Assembly: GCA_001687465.1 (NCBI GenBank)
Contig: LVLI01000020.1
Coordinates: 124,001 to 176,829, forward strand
DNA length: 52,829 bases
Direction: 5' to 3'
From: Halocafeteria seosinensis
Lineage: Eukaryota
The position numbers and the translations under genes were made by a program. The notes under the pieces were generated by a model that ran no database searches, was not told the origin of the DNA, and saw only the letters and a list, made by a program, of their open reading frames with translations. Shown piece by piece: positions 24,118 to 36,874 of this stretch. Position 1 is the stretch's first letter. Each line of letters begins with the position of its first letter.

Positions 24118-25560
24118 TCAGAACACTCTCCTCGAAAGATCATCTACCGCAGCAGACTTAGGGGTGTTTTCTCCCAAATCGCCATTTTTCAAGTCCCCTT
24201 GCTTCGATTTGCGTAACCTTAAGTTCTCCGTGGTATGGCTAGCCTTGTTAGCTTCCCCTTTTTGTTGCTTATTTCGTGGTTCCGACTGTTCCTCCTTCTT
24301 TTTCTTCCCTAGATTTCTTGCAATTTCGATTGCTTTACCAACAAGCAATGCGAACCAATAGTATTGCATCAAGCACAACATCAGTGCCATGACTATTAGA
24401 GCGTAGTAGGTCCATAACTGATACTGGGGAACGGGCAGTGTTCCTACGTAGCCTACATAATCCCTTACAACGGAAGTAATTAGGACAGTAGCGAGGAGTA
24501 CACGAAAGACGAAAAACATTGCAATCAGTAATAACCCGTTCAAAACATAAAGTTTCGTCGTTGAACGTCCAAGTTTCCACAGGAACCATCGCACATGCAG
24601 AAACGGGGTAGTAATCTCAAAAACCTGTTAACCGCTTAAAGGGATGAAGAAGAAGGGCCTCCAAAGATAGCGTAACTATATTCAAACCACTTACGTAGAA
24701 TGTCGACACAATCATCACTCCAGTGGAAGGTGTGCTACACGTGCAACCAAAGATCGTACCGATACTTATGACATGGTGCGCCAGCATTCCTGGGCTTCCC
24801 TTGATGGACCAGTCCATAATGTGCTGTGAGCAGAGATAACATAAGCGGTGTCGAGATTTGTAGTGAGTACGTTAACCGTAGACATCAACATACCCGGAAG
24901 AAATCAAAAACGAAAAAGCCACCGGAAAATATGCTGCACCAGAGTCAAACAAGTACTCTTCGACAGGAACGGAACAATAACAATAAAGAAGGTGGCTTAC
25001 TTTAGCAGCCCGAGCTCATATGTTGAATGAAACATCAATCTGGCATTGAATATGTGCCACGGAAAAATGGGAATGCTCAAGTATAATCCAATCTGCAGAC
25101 TATTCCCTTATACATCCCTACACACATATATTGAGTCGATACCCTGTGTACGTACCGTGGATACAGCAGCAGCATGTATCGTGCTGAAGCAATAGTTGTC
25201 CCACTTAACCTTGTCGCTCCTGTTCAAGTTCGTGTAGACGCTACCAAACAGTAGCGGCAGAATGACTCGCTTCAGTAATTGGTCAAACAATCCCCATGCT
25301 ACTGCTGCCAATGCAACTGCATATAAGAATTGAGGCACATCCGTGTACATCTTGTAGAATTCCGGGATGTCCACAATTTCCGTCAAGGGTCGCTGGCTGG
25401 GATCATACGCGCCTATCGGGTACCCCAAGTGTCGCACACGATCCCAGAGTTCAGTTGGGGCCCACCATCGCCGAAAAGGCTCTATATCCGTCGTCGGATC
25501 CAAAGGCGCAGCTTGGCGTTCCTTGAAGGGGTCGAGTTCCAGCGGGTTCAGTACCACCAT
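24118..25560 (-). CDS. TLC (TRAM/LAG1/CLN8)-domain membrane protein, TMEM56-like; multi-exon
   Basis: FSTIHA, FFRYYVDVYG, MLAHHVI, ITTPFLHVRWFL, NGLLLIAMFFVFRV, LMQYYWF..L motifs; GT-AG introns. Confidence 0.85.
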
Positions 25561-25977
25561 GTTGACCGTCAAAATCAAGGCTCAGGGTCTAGCTCCAATG
25601 AAAAAGTTTACGAGAAACTTGTGCTCCTCGTAGTGAAGGGAAACGCCAATAAAGTCTCCTTGATGAGCAATGAAGAGGGGTAGTACGGATCGGTCGCACG
25701 AGCAGAAATGCTGTTCCTCAGATTCCTCGCTCCACAACTGCACGATCGCAGGACCACCGCGCGTGATAGAATCTTTCCACTGCCGAGTAGTACAATTGAC
25801 AACCAGCTTGAGTTCACTTCATCAACGTCGGGCTTTTCAGAAATGGACTCTGTTGACCCCAAGAAAAGATTGACAGGTACGTACAGGTTTCCTTCGCTTT
25901 GATGTTGGCACCAAAAGGAAGGAAGCAAAGACATTCAGTGTTTGTAGGTCGGAAGAAAAAAGAGAAGGGAAAACATC

Positions 25978-27079
25978 ATGTCGGTACCGTCTGCAAATGA
26001 TCGTGGTCAGCATCGATTCAACCCCTTGGAGAGTCGTGCGGAGAGGGTGAGCAGCACCAGATTCCAGGCGGAGCACCCTCAGGGAGGACATGGACAGAAA
26101 TCATCAAAACCATCTCAAAACAGAGAGGATGTGACCGTCAATGTTCTCTACGCCACGAACAATGAGCGCACAAACCCGGCGGCTTCGACTGAAATGATGC
26201 ACCTCGGTGGAAGTGGGGGCGGACCAATGAGTCGAACGCGAAGACAGGAAGATGATAAACGAACAGACGCGACGAAAGCGACAAGTAGACCGTTTGGGTT
26301 ACCCTCCACGCGTTACGAAATAGGAAAGATGTTGGACAGTCACGCAATTCAACTATGTATCCTGGTTCTCCTGATTGTGGACGTTTGCGCTATTGTAACC
26401 GAAACGACAGTAGCTCACATTTGTCATGAAGAATTGCACTCACTCTTTTACTTGAGTGTTGCAATTTTATCACTATTTCTCTTCCAACAGATTGCCTTAA
26501 TGGTCTGCTTCGATGTGGAGTTTTTCAAGAAGGTAGGTATCCACAACTCATGATACAAGGTACCTCGTTGACGTGATGGTTGTCTTCACGCCCTCGCAGC
26601 CTCTTTATGTTTTGGATGTTGTAGTCGTTCTCGTTGCTCTAGTATTAGAACTCACAATCGAAGATCCGGAAGGGGGACTATTGATCGTCTTGATGTTATG
26701 GAGAGCTGTAAGAGTGGTCCACGGAGTTGCTGTCAGCGTAGAAACTGGCCACGAATCGAATCCTCATGTAAAGAAGGAAATTGAGGAAATTCGGGAGCAG
26801 AAAATGACCATGAGCGGATATACGTACATCGTTGCAAGATGCCAACAGATGAAACAAGCTGCTCGAGTGATTCAACAAGCTTATTGGAAGCACTCCCTAC
26901 GACTCAAGCAAAAGCAACTGAGTGTGTCCGGACCAAGTGCGGTTTTGGAAAAACAGATGGCAAGCCTTCGATATAGACTCAAACGGTGTACCCGCATACT
27001 TGTAGTACAGCGTTGTGACATCTTGCTCGAAGATGACGAGAACATACGGATGGAGCATCATAAGCTCCTCACCTATTAG
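25978..27079 (+). CDS. voltage-gated proton channel (Hv1)-like protein, paralogue 1, with IQ-like motif
   Basis: S1 LLIVDVCAIVTE, S2 LSVAILSLFLFQQ, S3 YVLDVVVV...LE, S4 GGLLIVLMLWRAVRVVHG; intron 26533-26599; coiled coil then AARVIQQAYW. Confidence 0.85.
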
Positions 27080-28245
27080 CTTCTCCATTTACTCAAGCTC
27101 TCGAGACGGGAATGCCGTATACAAATGCGTCTGCCTTATGGGGCAACCGGGATAGACAGGATGAGTGAGTAGGGACGTATATTTTTCGGAAAAAGGTATC
27201 GTTCCGTGAACGTGAACTTTGAGAGTCTACTTGTGCCGTAAATTCGATTACGCGGGAATGATTGAGAAATACTCTCACCTTGTCCAAGCCCATCCGAAAC
27301 ACTGTGAGGTTTGAAAGTCGGATTCATGAGAACACATCGAGTGCGAAGAAAGTATCACCACGATGAAAGCATGCTCTCACACAAGTTGCGAGGGACGTTC
27401 ACGGTTCTGTCAAAACAACGTTCCACGGTTTCAGATTGTTTCTTGAACCAATGAACTACAGCAGGCACTTCATTTGGGGATGATTTGGAGACGTGGTGCC
27501 GTTCAATCCGTTCATACTAACCAAAAGCAAAAGGGGATATCCGTGGATGTCAAGCTTACACATGGCATTTCCCTGAATCGGGCTTTTGCAACTTAACAAG
27601 TTGTAAATAACTTGCCAAGTTGCAATTCCAATTAACTTCTTACCTGACGAAGTTTACCACAACTACAATGAATCCTACTAATCGTTGGGGCCTCGTTTCG
27701 GGTATAAGCACCAGCTTAATTGCTCCATGCCCTTAGGGAGAGAATAACAGTTGGTACTTTAAGGCGCCGGAGTACGAGGCGATACAGTAGTTCTCTAAGC
27801 GAAAGGTACAAGCAGCCACTGGATTCTTCTGGGTACGTAAGAGTCATTACGCGACCTGGAGCTGCACCGCATGCACAGTCCCTTATTGTCAGGGTACTAG
27901 TCCCTTGCAGACATACTTCGGCAGCTTCGGAAAACGGACTGGAACCTGCAGGCTGCACATTGTTCAGTTTAGTTGTGTAGCCCGTGTACGATAAGAATAA
28001 GACTTCCAAAGAATCATCACCCAGCTGTGCATGCCACCAGCACGTAAAATACCATCCAGCTTTTATTCCAGACAATAAATTCGTCGACGACGTCAAGTTA
28101 CCCCACTTGTGAACAACAAGACCAAGACCGACGACTAAAGTCGGTAATACGACTGATTCGCGAAGATTGAAAGCATGTATTGCACCTCATTTAAATCGTC
28201 AAAAAATTGGCTATTCGGTGAGTGCCTTTCAATGCGCCAATAATC

Positions 28246-29607
28246 ATGCCGGAACCCCAAAAAGACCCTTCAGAGGTCAGCGAACACGGACCCGAACAGC
28301 GCGCTGGAACGTCCATACAGGAAGATAACATTAATATAGAGGTCCATACCACCAAAACTGATGCCAAAAAGGGACGCCGTGCAAGCAGTGTAATGAATGA
28401 ACAACCGGATGACCCTTCCAGCCCCACGGAGAACCAGGGCTGGGGACTTATGACAGATATGAGCACAGGGCTCTATGAGGTGCTTTTCAAGTGTAAGTCG
28501 GCACGATTTTCAACCAGCCTTGGTGCGAGGAAGATACCCGTCTCCTACCTGCAGCGGAAGCGCGGCCGCCGATAAGCAGCTCCGGAGTGAAATTCCGGCA
28601 CCATCCAGTGAAATGGCTCCAAGGACTGAATTTCAGATCCACACGTATGGCTATCGGTGTCTACACGGAAAGCCACCTTGTTCAATTGGCTATGCTCGTA
28701 CTCATCATCGTAGACGTGGCTGCTGTCTTTGGGGAACTCCTGATGCACAATCTGTGCCACCATGATCACGTAAGTTCCAACCACCCGTTTGTTGCTTTGG
28801 ACAACATAGAGGTTGCTTTACATTTGCTCTTGAACACAGACTGTGGAAGAGACGACGCATATCTTAAGAATTGTCAGTCTGACTGCTCTGTCAGTTTTTC
28901 TATTCCAGCAACTTTTATTGATCTATGCTTATGGAGCCCATTTCTTTATGAAACCGATGTACGTCCTGGATTTCGTCATTGTTCTAGGGTCTATCATACT
29001 GGAGACTGCGCTAAGTGATCCTTCGGGAGGTCTGCTAGTAGTTTTGATGCTTTGGAGAGGAGTGCGGGTGGTACACGGCTTTGCTGTTAGTCTCGAAACG
29101 GAGCAACATGCTGTCGACAAATACAGAGAGAAATCAGAGAGACTGAGAACGATGTTGACAAACATTTTTAGCTACGAATTCACTATGTTCAGGGTACACA
29201 ATATGAAACAAGCAGCTCGGAGAATTCAGTACGCTTATTTGCAGCATTTGGTCAGGAATAAGAGAGAAGAGAAACATGCAATACTGAGAAATGCCCAGTT
29301 AGATCCCGATATCGCATCTGATGAAGCAGAGAAACAACTATCCGAAGAAGATGCCAAGCGCTATTCTGAGTTGCGCCGTCAAATCCATACGGCTACAGAA
29401 AGAATTGACCGTATGAAGCTAGGCCTTCCATTGTTTAATCTTGCCGTTGCTATCCAACGGGAGGAGGGTACGTTTGAACTCCAGAGCAAGCGGAGATTCG
29501 GAGAGGAAGAAGACGCTACTGGAATCGAGACCGAAGGAAGTATCAAGAGAAGTGAAAGCATGGTTGATTTGGTTATGAACAAGTGGCATCAAGACGATTT
29601 TGAATGA
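28246..29607 (+). CDS. voltage-gated proton channel (Hv1)-like protein, paralogue 2, with IQ-like motif
   Basis: S1 LIIVDVAAVFGE, S2 VSLTALSVFLFQQ, S3 YVLDFVIV...LE, S4 GGLLVVLMLWRGVRVVHG; introns 28493-28554 and ~28770-28839; AARRIQYAY. Confidence 0.85.
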
Positions 29608-29727
29608 CACTAAAAGTAATTCGTGTTCTACGTGCGCCATTGTTGATTCCACTACTGTCTACAATGTCCGAACACCACTGTTGGTATCAAAAATCAACTT
29701 GCAATTATGTTCATTAAAATAACTGTT

Positions 29728-31312
29728 TCACTGTTGGGTCCTTGTTGCACTAGCCTTTGCACGACTCATACTCTTCAACCATTCCTGTGTAACATCGTGC
29801 AATAGTATACCACAAGTGTCAAGAGCCAGATCAATACAAGCAAACAATACGTACCTCCTCAACCTGTGATTCTGCAGCTTGTTTCGCCTTCGCTAGGGAT
29901 TCTCCAAATGGCGGATAACAAACCCCTTGCTCAGTAATGATGCCTGTGATAAACTCTGCTGGCGTAATATCGAATGCAGGGTTGTATACCTGAACTCCAT
30001 TCGGTGCGATATTAGTCTCCCCCACGTGCGTAACCTCGCTGGCATGCCTTTCTTCTATCGGAATATCAAAGCCTCTCTTCGTAGCGAGGTCAATTGTCGA
30101 AGTGGGCACGGTAGCGTACACAGGAATGTTGTTTGCTTTAGCACATACTGCTAGCTTGTATGTCCCAATTTTATTAGCCACATCTCCGTTAGCAGCGACT
30201 CTGTCAGCGCCAAATATTACTGCATCCACTTTACCTTGAAGCATTAACAGTCCTGAGGCATTATCAGCTATTAGAGACATAGATACACCAGCCATCTGAA
30301 GCTCGTAAGCAGTCAGTCGGGCTCCCTGTAATCGAGGCCTAGTCTCATCAACCCACACATGAACGTTTTTGCCCGTTTTGTGTGATTCAAAAATAACTCC
30401 TAACGCAGTTCCAACGTCCACGGTTGCCAAGAACCCGGTGTTACAGTGATGAACCAGACGAGCGCCTTGGGGTATTAGACTGGCCCCAAACTGCGCCATC
30501 CGAAGATTACAGTTTACGTCTTGCACGAAAAGAACATGAGCCTCATTTAGTAGCTGCTTTGCGATTGTTTTCAACTGACACCCCTCTCTGCGCACAAATT
30601 ATATTTTCCTCGATATATCTGGACGCCCAGCACAGTAATTTCTAAGCACACTAACATATTGCTCATTTCCGTTGCAATGTTCAACATCCTGTCGGTAGCC
30701 TGGATCGACACACAAGAACGGTGGCGTCCATATATCAGCATAATTGGTGCGGCCATCATTGATCCGTACCCATGTTAGATTGACAGCTGTTGGCCTTGCA
30801 TCGTCTAAAACCTCTTTGCTCTGCTTTAATGTCTGAATGAAAGTTGGCCTGCAGAATCAGCAACATTCCAATTATTAATGGATGAATAATTCCATCCTCT
30901 CGTTGTACAGTACTGACATATCCACTTGCGCATTCTCCTTGATGATTTCAGCGGCTGCAATCACCATTCCATAGGCTCCTGTGGCTCCAATCGCAGGGGC
31001 TCCACGAACCACCATGGAGCGAATCCCCTCGGCCACCTGCTGCGTCGTGGTGCATTCCACGAATTGTTGTCCGCCGTGTGGTAACACTCTCTGGTCCAGA
31101 AGGTACACTCGTCCCTGGAGGACCGCTGTTTCGACATCCACTGGTGTGGTTTGCTGCTGCGAATTGGACGGGGAAGGAGGGTGAGTATCTGCCCCTGTCA
31201 ACCAGAAAACACTTCGGGCATGCTGTGGAGCAATTATGGAGTATCGCGAAGGCGGTTCGGCCACGAGATCATCCGGGATCTCGAGCAAGGGATGACAAGA
31301 CGACGACGCCAT
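29728..31312 (-). CDS. MRI1: methylthioribose-1-phosphate isomerase (multi-exon)
   Basis: [76 protein letters not shown]. Confidence 0.95.
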
Positions 31313-32069
31313 TTTCGTTTCCTTGCAAACAAGATGGTATACTCTCTACCCCGCATTCACGACAAGTACACAGCCCATAGGGTGTTAGTAACACTAAATA
31401 CCGTCGAGGTGGGGCTTTGTGAAGATGGCTTCAAGCCAGTCTGAGGTTCCAGTGACACGTTGTTATTCGAGTCAGAAGTGGTCCGAGGGGAATAGTATTT
31501 GGAGATCTATATCTGCAGCATGAATTCGAAGTGGAACCGCACTTTATTTCTTAAGCACTTGGGCAAAGCTTCGCTGAGTGAGAACCTTGATATTCATACG
31601 GACTTGTGCCACTTCAGTGACTTTTCAGTCTGGAAGTGAAGCGAGAAACCAGTGCAGCGGCAACAAAGTCCAATTTCTTCTACATATTCAACAAAATTCG
31701 CATCAAGTTTTTGCAACACACACTATATCGAAAATTTCTGGTACTCACTGACAAGCTAATTCAGAAAACTTCAACTTGCGACCGAAACCCTGGCATTAAT
31801 TAACTAACTACCCATGACAAGTCCCTGTTAGTGGAGTGATTGATTAGAGTGGTTACGTTGCTTCGATTAGGGTAGACTTTACAGAGTAGAGATTCAATGG
31901 TCAATTACGTTCTGGGCTGCTTGTGCCAGTTGATACGACTTTTTGACGCATCTAACGGCTGCTACCGTTAATTCCAACAGGCAAGCTAGCTATACGATGG
32001 ATCTGTGACAAGGCGCATGCATGCACTCACTGATTTCAATAGGACTGGCTTTATACTGAAAAACGGAAG

Positions 32070-33815
32070 ATGATCTCCCAGCAACAGCAGACGCGAGAAG
32101 GGAAAGTAAGATCTCCTCCAGCACAAGATGGGGTGCCGTCTGTCGGCGCCCCTCCGCCATTAGATGGCACAAAGGGCTATTCACCACCGGTGTCAACAGT
32201 AACCGAAGAGGATAAAGAAAATAATCCTCGCGTCTTGATGCGTTCCACTTCGGACAGTGTCGGGCACTTTCCGAAGCCTGCAGAGGATGAGCGGCGTCCA
32301 CTAACGCCACGCAATCATCAAGAATCGAGCCTATCGCATTTGAACAAGCTGGGCCAACTGAGCCAAACTTATGGCTATCTCAAGTCGCGGCGGTCAACAA
32401 TGAAGAAAGGTGCTGTCCGCTCTATGGGTGCTGAAATTAAGTCTCGAGAGAAAAAGGAGCAGCAGACAAACAACAAGCAAGACACAAACAAGACCCCTAG
32501 TAGATGTATTCCCCATGTGAAGCCTATTTCGTTTAGTCAACATGGTGATAAAACGAGAGATATGATGGGAGAGGGAGATAAAGCATTCAACTCAGTACGG
32601 GGAAGAACGCTGCAACACAACCAAGATCTCCCTTTTGCACTTCCTTGGGAGATTACCAGGCAATTCAACACTCGTAAAGACGATATGTCCGGCCACAATG
32701 GCGAAACTGACGCGGGCTCATTCACTCCTTCAAGGGGATTCAATACAAGGAAATTGCATGACTCGCGGAGTACTGCTCCCCAACGTGTTCCCCGTACATA
32801 CAGACCACACACGACTAAGAAAATTGCTACGCTTCAGGATAAAGAGAAGGTTGCTTCTCGCATTGTAAATGCTGCGAGCACTCCAGATAGCTTCTTGCAA
32901 AGGACATTAAAGAGATTTCGGGAAAAAACTTCCCGAGAGTCTCCTCCCACCAAGGGACCGCCATCTCGAGTGGGTACAGCCTCACGATTTTCCACAAGGT
33001 CCAAGAAGCTTCAGCGATCGTGCCATAAGAATACTGTACCTTCAGCAAGCCGAAGAAAAACAGCGGCAGAGAATGAAAGCGTTACGCTGAAATTGGATTT
33101 TGATACCAATCTTGAAGACACTCAAGATCAGGCCAACTTTGTAGCTCCACCGTCCGTTGATTTATCCAGCATCCATCTTGAGAGTACGTATCAAGATGAA
33201 CAGCAGCAGCCTTCAACTCCTTATGGGGATGAAAGCCTTCGCCAACATAGCGTCGATGAAGAAGAGCCTGTCAAAACCATGATGTCCCAGTTATCGTTGT
33301 TTTCTATGGCATCTTCCACCACCAACTCAGTCTTCGAGGAAGTTAGCAATAGCTCGTATAACCGAGGAACCTCAGATCCCGTAGGAAGAAAACTCGAAGC
33401 CAGTACCGAAAGTGACAACTCTTCGGCTAACTTAATGAGTGTCCTTTCCTTCCTGCCGAGTCGGGAATTGTCACACACGAATGCGAGTATCCCGGCCCCT
33501 TGCGCTTCCCAACGACGTACGGCGTCAAACGGTTACCATTTTTCTCGGGGTGAACCGTCACCAAGGAATCCTGGAAGTAGTCCGTTGGCAAAACGGTCAT
33601 TTTCCGAAAGACGCGGACGAAACCCAAGTTCAAGGGTGCCATCGTCATCCATGAGGACACGATCAGCTACTAAAACTCCGAGCAAAAGCACAGACTCAAA
33701 GAAGAAAAAAAAGCCACGTAGCAGACGCTCCCGTAACTTACCGAGCCGTCAGGCGAGGACTAAGGCACTCCAACGTATTAGTTCCAATAGTAGTAGAACA
33801 TCTAGAAAGAAATAA
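32070..33815 (+). CDS. hypothetical S/R/K-rich disordered protein
   Basis: 581-codon open frame, low complexity, basic C-terminus; no family recognised. Confidence 0.65.
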   Translation: MISQQQQTREGKVRSPPAQDGVPSVGAPPPLDGTKGYSPPVSTVTEEDKENNPRVLMRSTSDSVGHFPKPAEDERRPLTPRNHQESSLSHLNKLGQLSQTYGYLKSRRSTMKKGAVRSMGAEIKSREKKEQQTNNKQDTNKTPSRCIPHVKPISFSQHGDKTRDMMGEGDKAFNSVRGRTLQHNQDLPFALPWEITRQFNTRKDDMSGHNGETDAGSFTPSRGFNTRKLHDSRSTAPQRVPRTYRPHTTKKIATLQDKEKVASRIVNAASTPDSFLQRTLKRFREKTSRESPPTKGPPSRVGTASRFSTRSKKLQRSCHKNTVPSASRRKTAAENESVTLKLDFDTNLEDTQDQANFVAPPSVDLSSIHLESTYQDEQQQPSTPYGDESLRQHSVDEEEPVKTMMSQLSLFSMASSTTNSVFEEVSNSSYNRGTSDPVGRKLEASTESDNSSANLMSVLSFLPSRELSHTNASIPAPCASQRRTASNGYHFSRGEPSPRNPGSSPLAKRSFSERRGRNPSSRVPSSSMRTRSATKTPSKSTDSKKKKKPRSRRSRNLPSRQARTKALQRISSNSSRTSRKK

Positions 33816-34041
33816 TGTTAATTGACAACGTGTTGTACAAGCTAAGGAAAAGATCTGCATTGGTAACGGACTAAAGAATGGGTTTCTTCCAACGATGTTC
33901 CATTGCTTTTGTGTGAAGGTTTCAGTTCCAGGCAGCATGCAGAAAGAGTATATACCGCATATATACACAATTCGACACACATTTACTTTTGTACGCACAC
34001 AGACAGTGTTATTTATCTATAGCGACTCTCGCATTTCACCT

Positions 34042-35190
34042 TTACTTCTTTAAAGCACCAAGCGACGGGAAGGCGTTTGGATCCCTCACTTGGACAGGTG
34101 CCTTGGGACCATCGCCTCGTCCACCGCGACCACCACCGCGCCCGCGCTCGCCTCCACGACCACGCTCTCCACCACGCCCACGTTCACCGCCTCGACCTCT
34201 TTCACCACGACCACGTTCGCCTCCACGACCACGTTCACCACCACTTCTTGGCCTTTCACCTTCCTCTCCACGGCCACGACCACCGCCGCGTCCACCACCA
34301 CGACCACCACCGCGCCCCCTTCCTCGGCCACGGTCATCATCACTTCTTATGGAAAATCCAAGTTCTTTCAAGTCCATTCGGTTCTTACTAGCATCTCTTT
34401 CCTGTTGTCTTTCGTGCTTGGATTTCTGTTTACCTGGGCCGATGAGAGTAGCGAGTTCTTTATCTTCCTCCTCTACAGCCTTCTTACTGAGAACTTTCAC
34501 GCCGGAAGTATCAAACTCTACTTTGGCATCTTCCTGAGGTTTGAATTCTTCACCGCGTCGCTTTTCCTCTAGCATCTGCTGGTATTCCTCCCACGACATC
34601 TGCTTTTCTTCTTCCTCTTCTTCTTCAGTCTTTTCGGCGGATGCATCTTTGTCTTCAGCAGGTTCGCGTGTCTTTTGCTCAGCTGCTTTTATCGCTGATT
34701 CCGCATTTCCGGCTTCAGACAGCTTCTTTGTTTCTAAGCTTTCTTCACGGCTACCCTTGCGTGGTTCACGCCCTTTACTTTTGGCGGAGTGGCGATCGAA
34801 ACCCCCATGCTTTTCTGCACTGCCACGAGCTCCCGCTGGTCTGCCACCTCGGGCGCCTCCACCTCGGCCACGTCCACCACGGGTGCTGCATCCGACAAAT
34901 ACACGAACTCACAACAGTTAGACTCGTACCAAGTGTGAAGAAAACAACAAGATTCCTTACCTTTTTGGCTTTTCACCGCGGTTGGGGCGCTCAGCTGCAT
35001 CTTCATTAAGAGTGCCAGCCGACTCTTTCGCTACTTTCTGGTCTTGTGTAGGAGGACCGCCTTCATCCCCGCTTTCGGGATCACTGTCCAAGGCTGCGAA
35101 ATACTGCGAATGATAAAGAAACACGAAGAATAGTGCAGAGTGAGAGTCCAACAGGACTCCAGAAAGGGGCAATGAACCTACGTTCGGCAT
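34042..35190 (-). CDS. Stm1/SERBP1 (HABP4)-like RGG mRNA/ribosome-binding protein (3 exons)
   Basis: MPN|YFAALDSD start, FDRHS, EEEKQMSWEEYQ, RGG/GGERGR repeats, C-terminal DPNAFPSLG. Confidence 0.85.
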
Positions 35191-35529
35191 CTCGAACAGA
35201 TTACTGGGCAATAGAATACGATATCAATGAAGAGAGAGAGAGAGTCCTGGAATGTAACTCTTCCTTGGGTTTGTCTGCAAGGCACAATGAGGTTACATGA
35301 GGCAATAAACACTCATGATGTGCGATACAGTTGCCCTTCCATAGCACATGTTACCGGTTGAATTACGTCAATCCAAAAAGTACTACAGAGACTACATCCA
35401 ATATACTACGCGGTTCAAGGAAGTTTGCCACCAATAAACGCATCCATGGCCCTTAAATCGGGTGACCAAGTTGTGTGAGCTCCGGGCTGACTCCAGACTT
35501 CTGTGTCCTTAAGGCCAGGCACGGAAAAT

Positions 35530-36200
35530 CCCGCTCCTTTTTTGCTTCTCCTCGTCTCCCCCCGACGCAGGACCCCTTCGTGCTCGTCCCCTAGTCAAGG
35601 AGGGCGAGACCTACCCCTCGGTCTACAGCGCTCAGATCTCTCGGTGGAAGACATATCCACCACCCATTCCAATCTATACCCTTAGAGGTACCATGGACGG
35701 ATGACGATACCGGCTGGCGCCCTCGGAGAGGCCCTCAAACGGACGTGAGAAGCCGAAGAAACCATTGGATTTTCAGGGACATACCTGGTTCGGTAAACCC
35801 AAGCTAGTTTTTGTCCTGCATGCGACTGTTGTGGTGGTTCTCAGTCGTTCCTCGTGCAGATCCTAGTTATCGCGTCATTGATCAATGGCTGGGTGATGCT
35901 AGAACACTATCAACGAACCGGGGGGCGATAAGATTAAACTTCGGATACTTCTCTCCCCCACCAATTGAAACAATCTTTTCGTTGCCTTCACAAGTAAGTT
36001 GAAGAGCGACTCGCTCTGAGCGAGTCGACACGACTCGACAGCGCCCAGTATACGGAGTGTAGCTTCCCACAGGAGCGTGGGGAAGTCCCTCTGGAAGGAG
36101 TTGATCACAGTCACAAACGCGGTTTTGATGTGGTCCGCTTACAAGCGCGTTCCGGATGTCATACGCCGGGAGACCACCATGTGCGATCCTGCCTGACTGG
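35530..36200 (-). mobile_element. decayed CRE-like reverse-transcriptase N-terminal fragment
   Basis: VTVINSFQ..FPTLLWEATLRIL, VK...FQLVGERSIRSLI (cf. RPIAVGE..RRL) and N*LGFTEPG (cf. QLGVG) occur in the expected order; many lesions. Confidence 0.45.
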
Positions 36201-36874
36201 GAGGAGGACAGGAACAAGCATTACCACACCGGTACATGTAGGATTCCTAGCCCGTTCCGCTAGGAGGATCCTTCGGAAAACGCTGTCCTAGTGCCACCTG
36301 CTGCGAGCGCTGCATCTGCAAACGCGTTCCTGCGGCTGCATTTCCCCCAGGTGCGCACCGTGTGACCGTCAGTGTGGTTCTGGTGGTTGTTACCCAGTGT
36401 GTACACTGTACAGTGTGTGATGTGTATTATTAAGTTCCGGAACAGCTCGAAGTCGTGCGCACTGCATGCTGGCGCTGCCGATGAAGGGTTTGGTGCCCTT
36501 ATGCTTTTGCCCTACCCATGGTACTTTTGTCTCCACCGTACCTTTTCCAGGCGCTGGTGCAGCTACAGCTAAAGCAGCTCCCCTTTGAGACTTTGGACGT
36601 TTTCGTCCCGTCACTGAGCAAGTGTTTGATGGATCATGCTTGTTGCCCAGGTTTAGACTGCCCTGTGACTTTTTGCAACTCCAGGTGCCTGGCACTGCCT
36701 GTAACTAGAGTTCCTGGTAAAGAAAGCAAAGCTCGTGGTTGTACACAAGAAGAAGTCGCCGAGATCCCCATCAGCTCCATGCCGATTCCCGCTGCACCTG
36801 CTGCATCATTGCCTGCGTAACGCTTAAGATAAAAGCTACGCGGAGAGCGACTACTACCATCCAGAGTCATCTCT

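Noticed and set aside
33989..34572. Pro/Arg-, His- and Thr-rich plus-strand ORFs
   Set aside because: Antisense shadows of the RGG repeats of the Stm1/SERBP1-like gene; the same applies to 21997-22293
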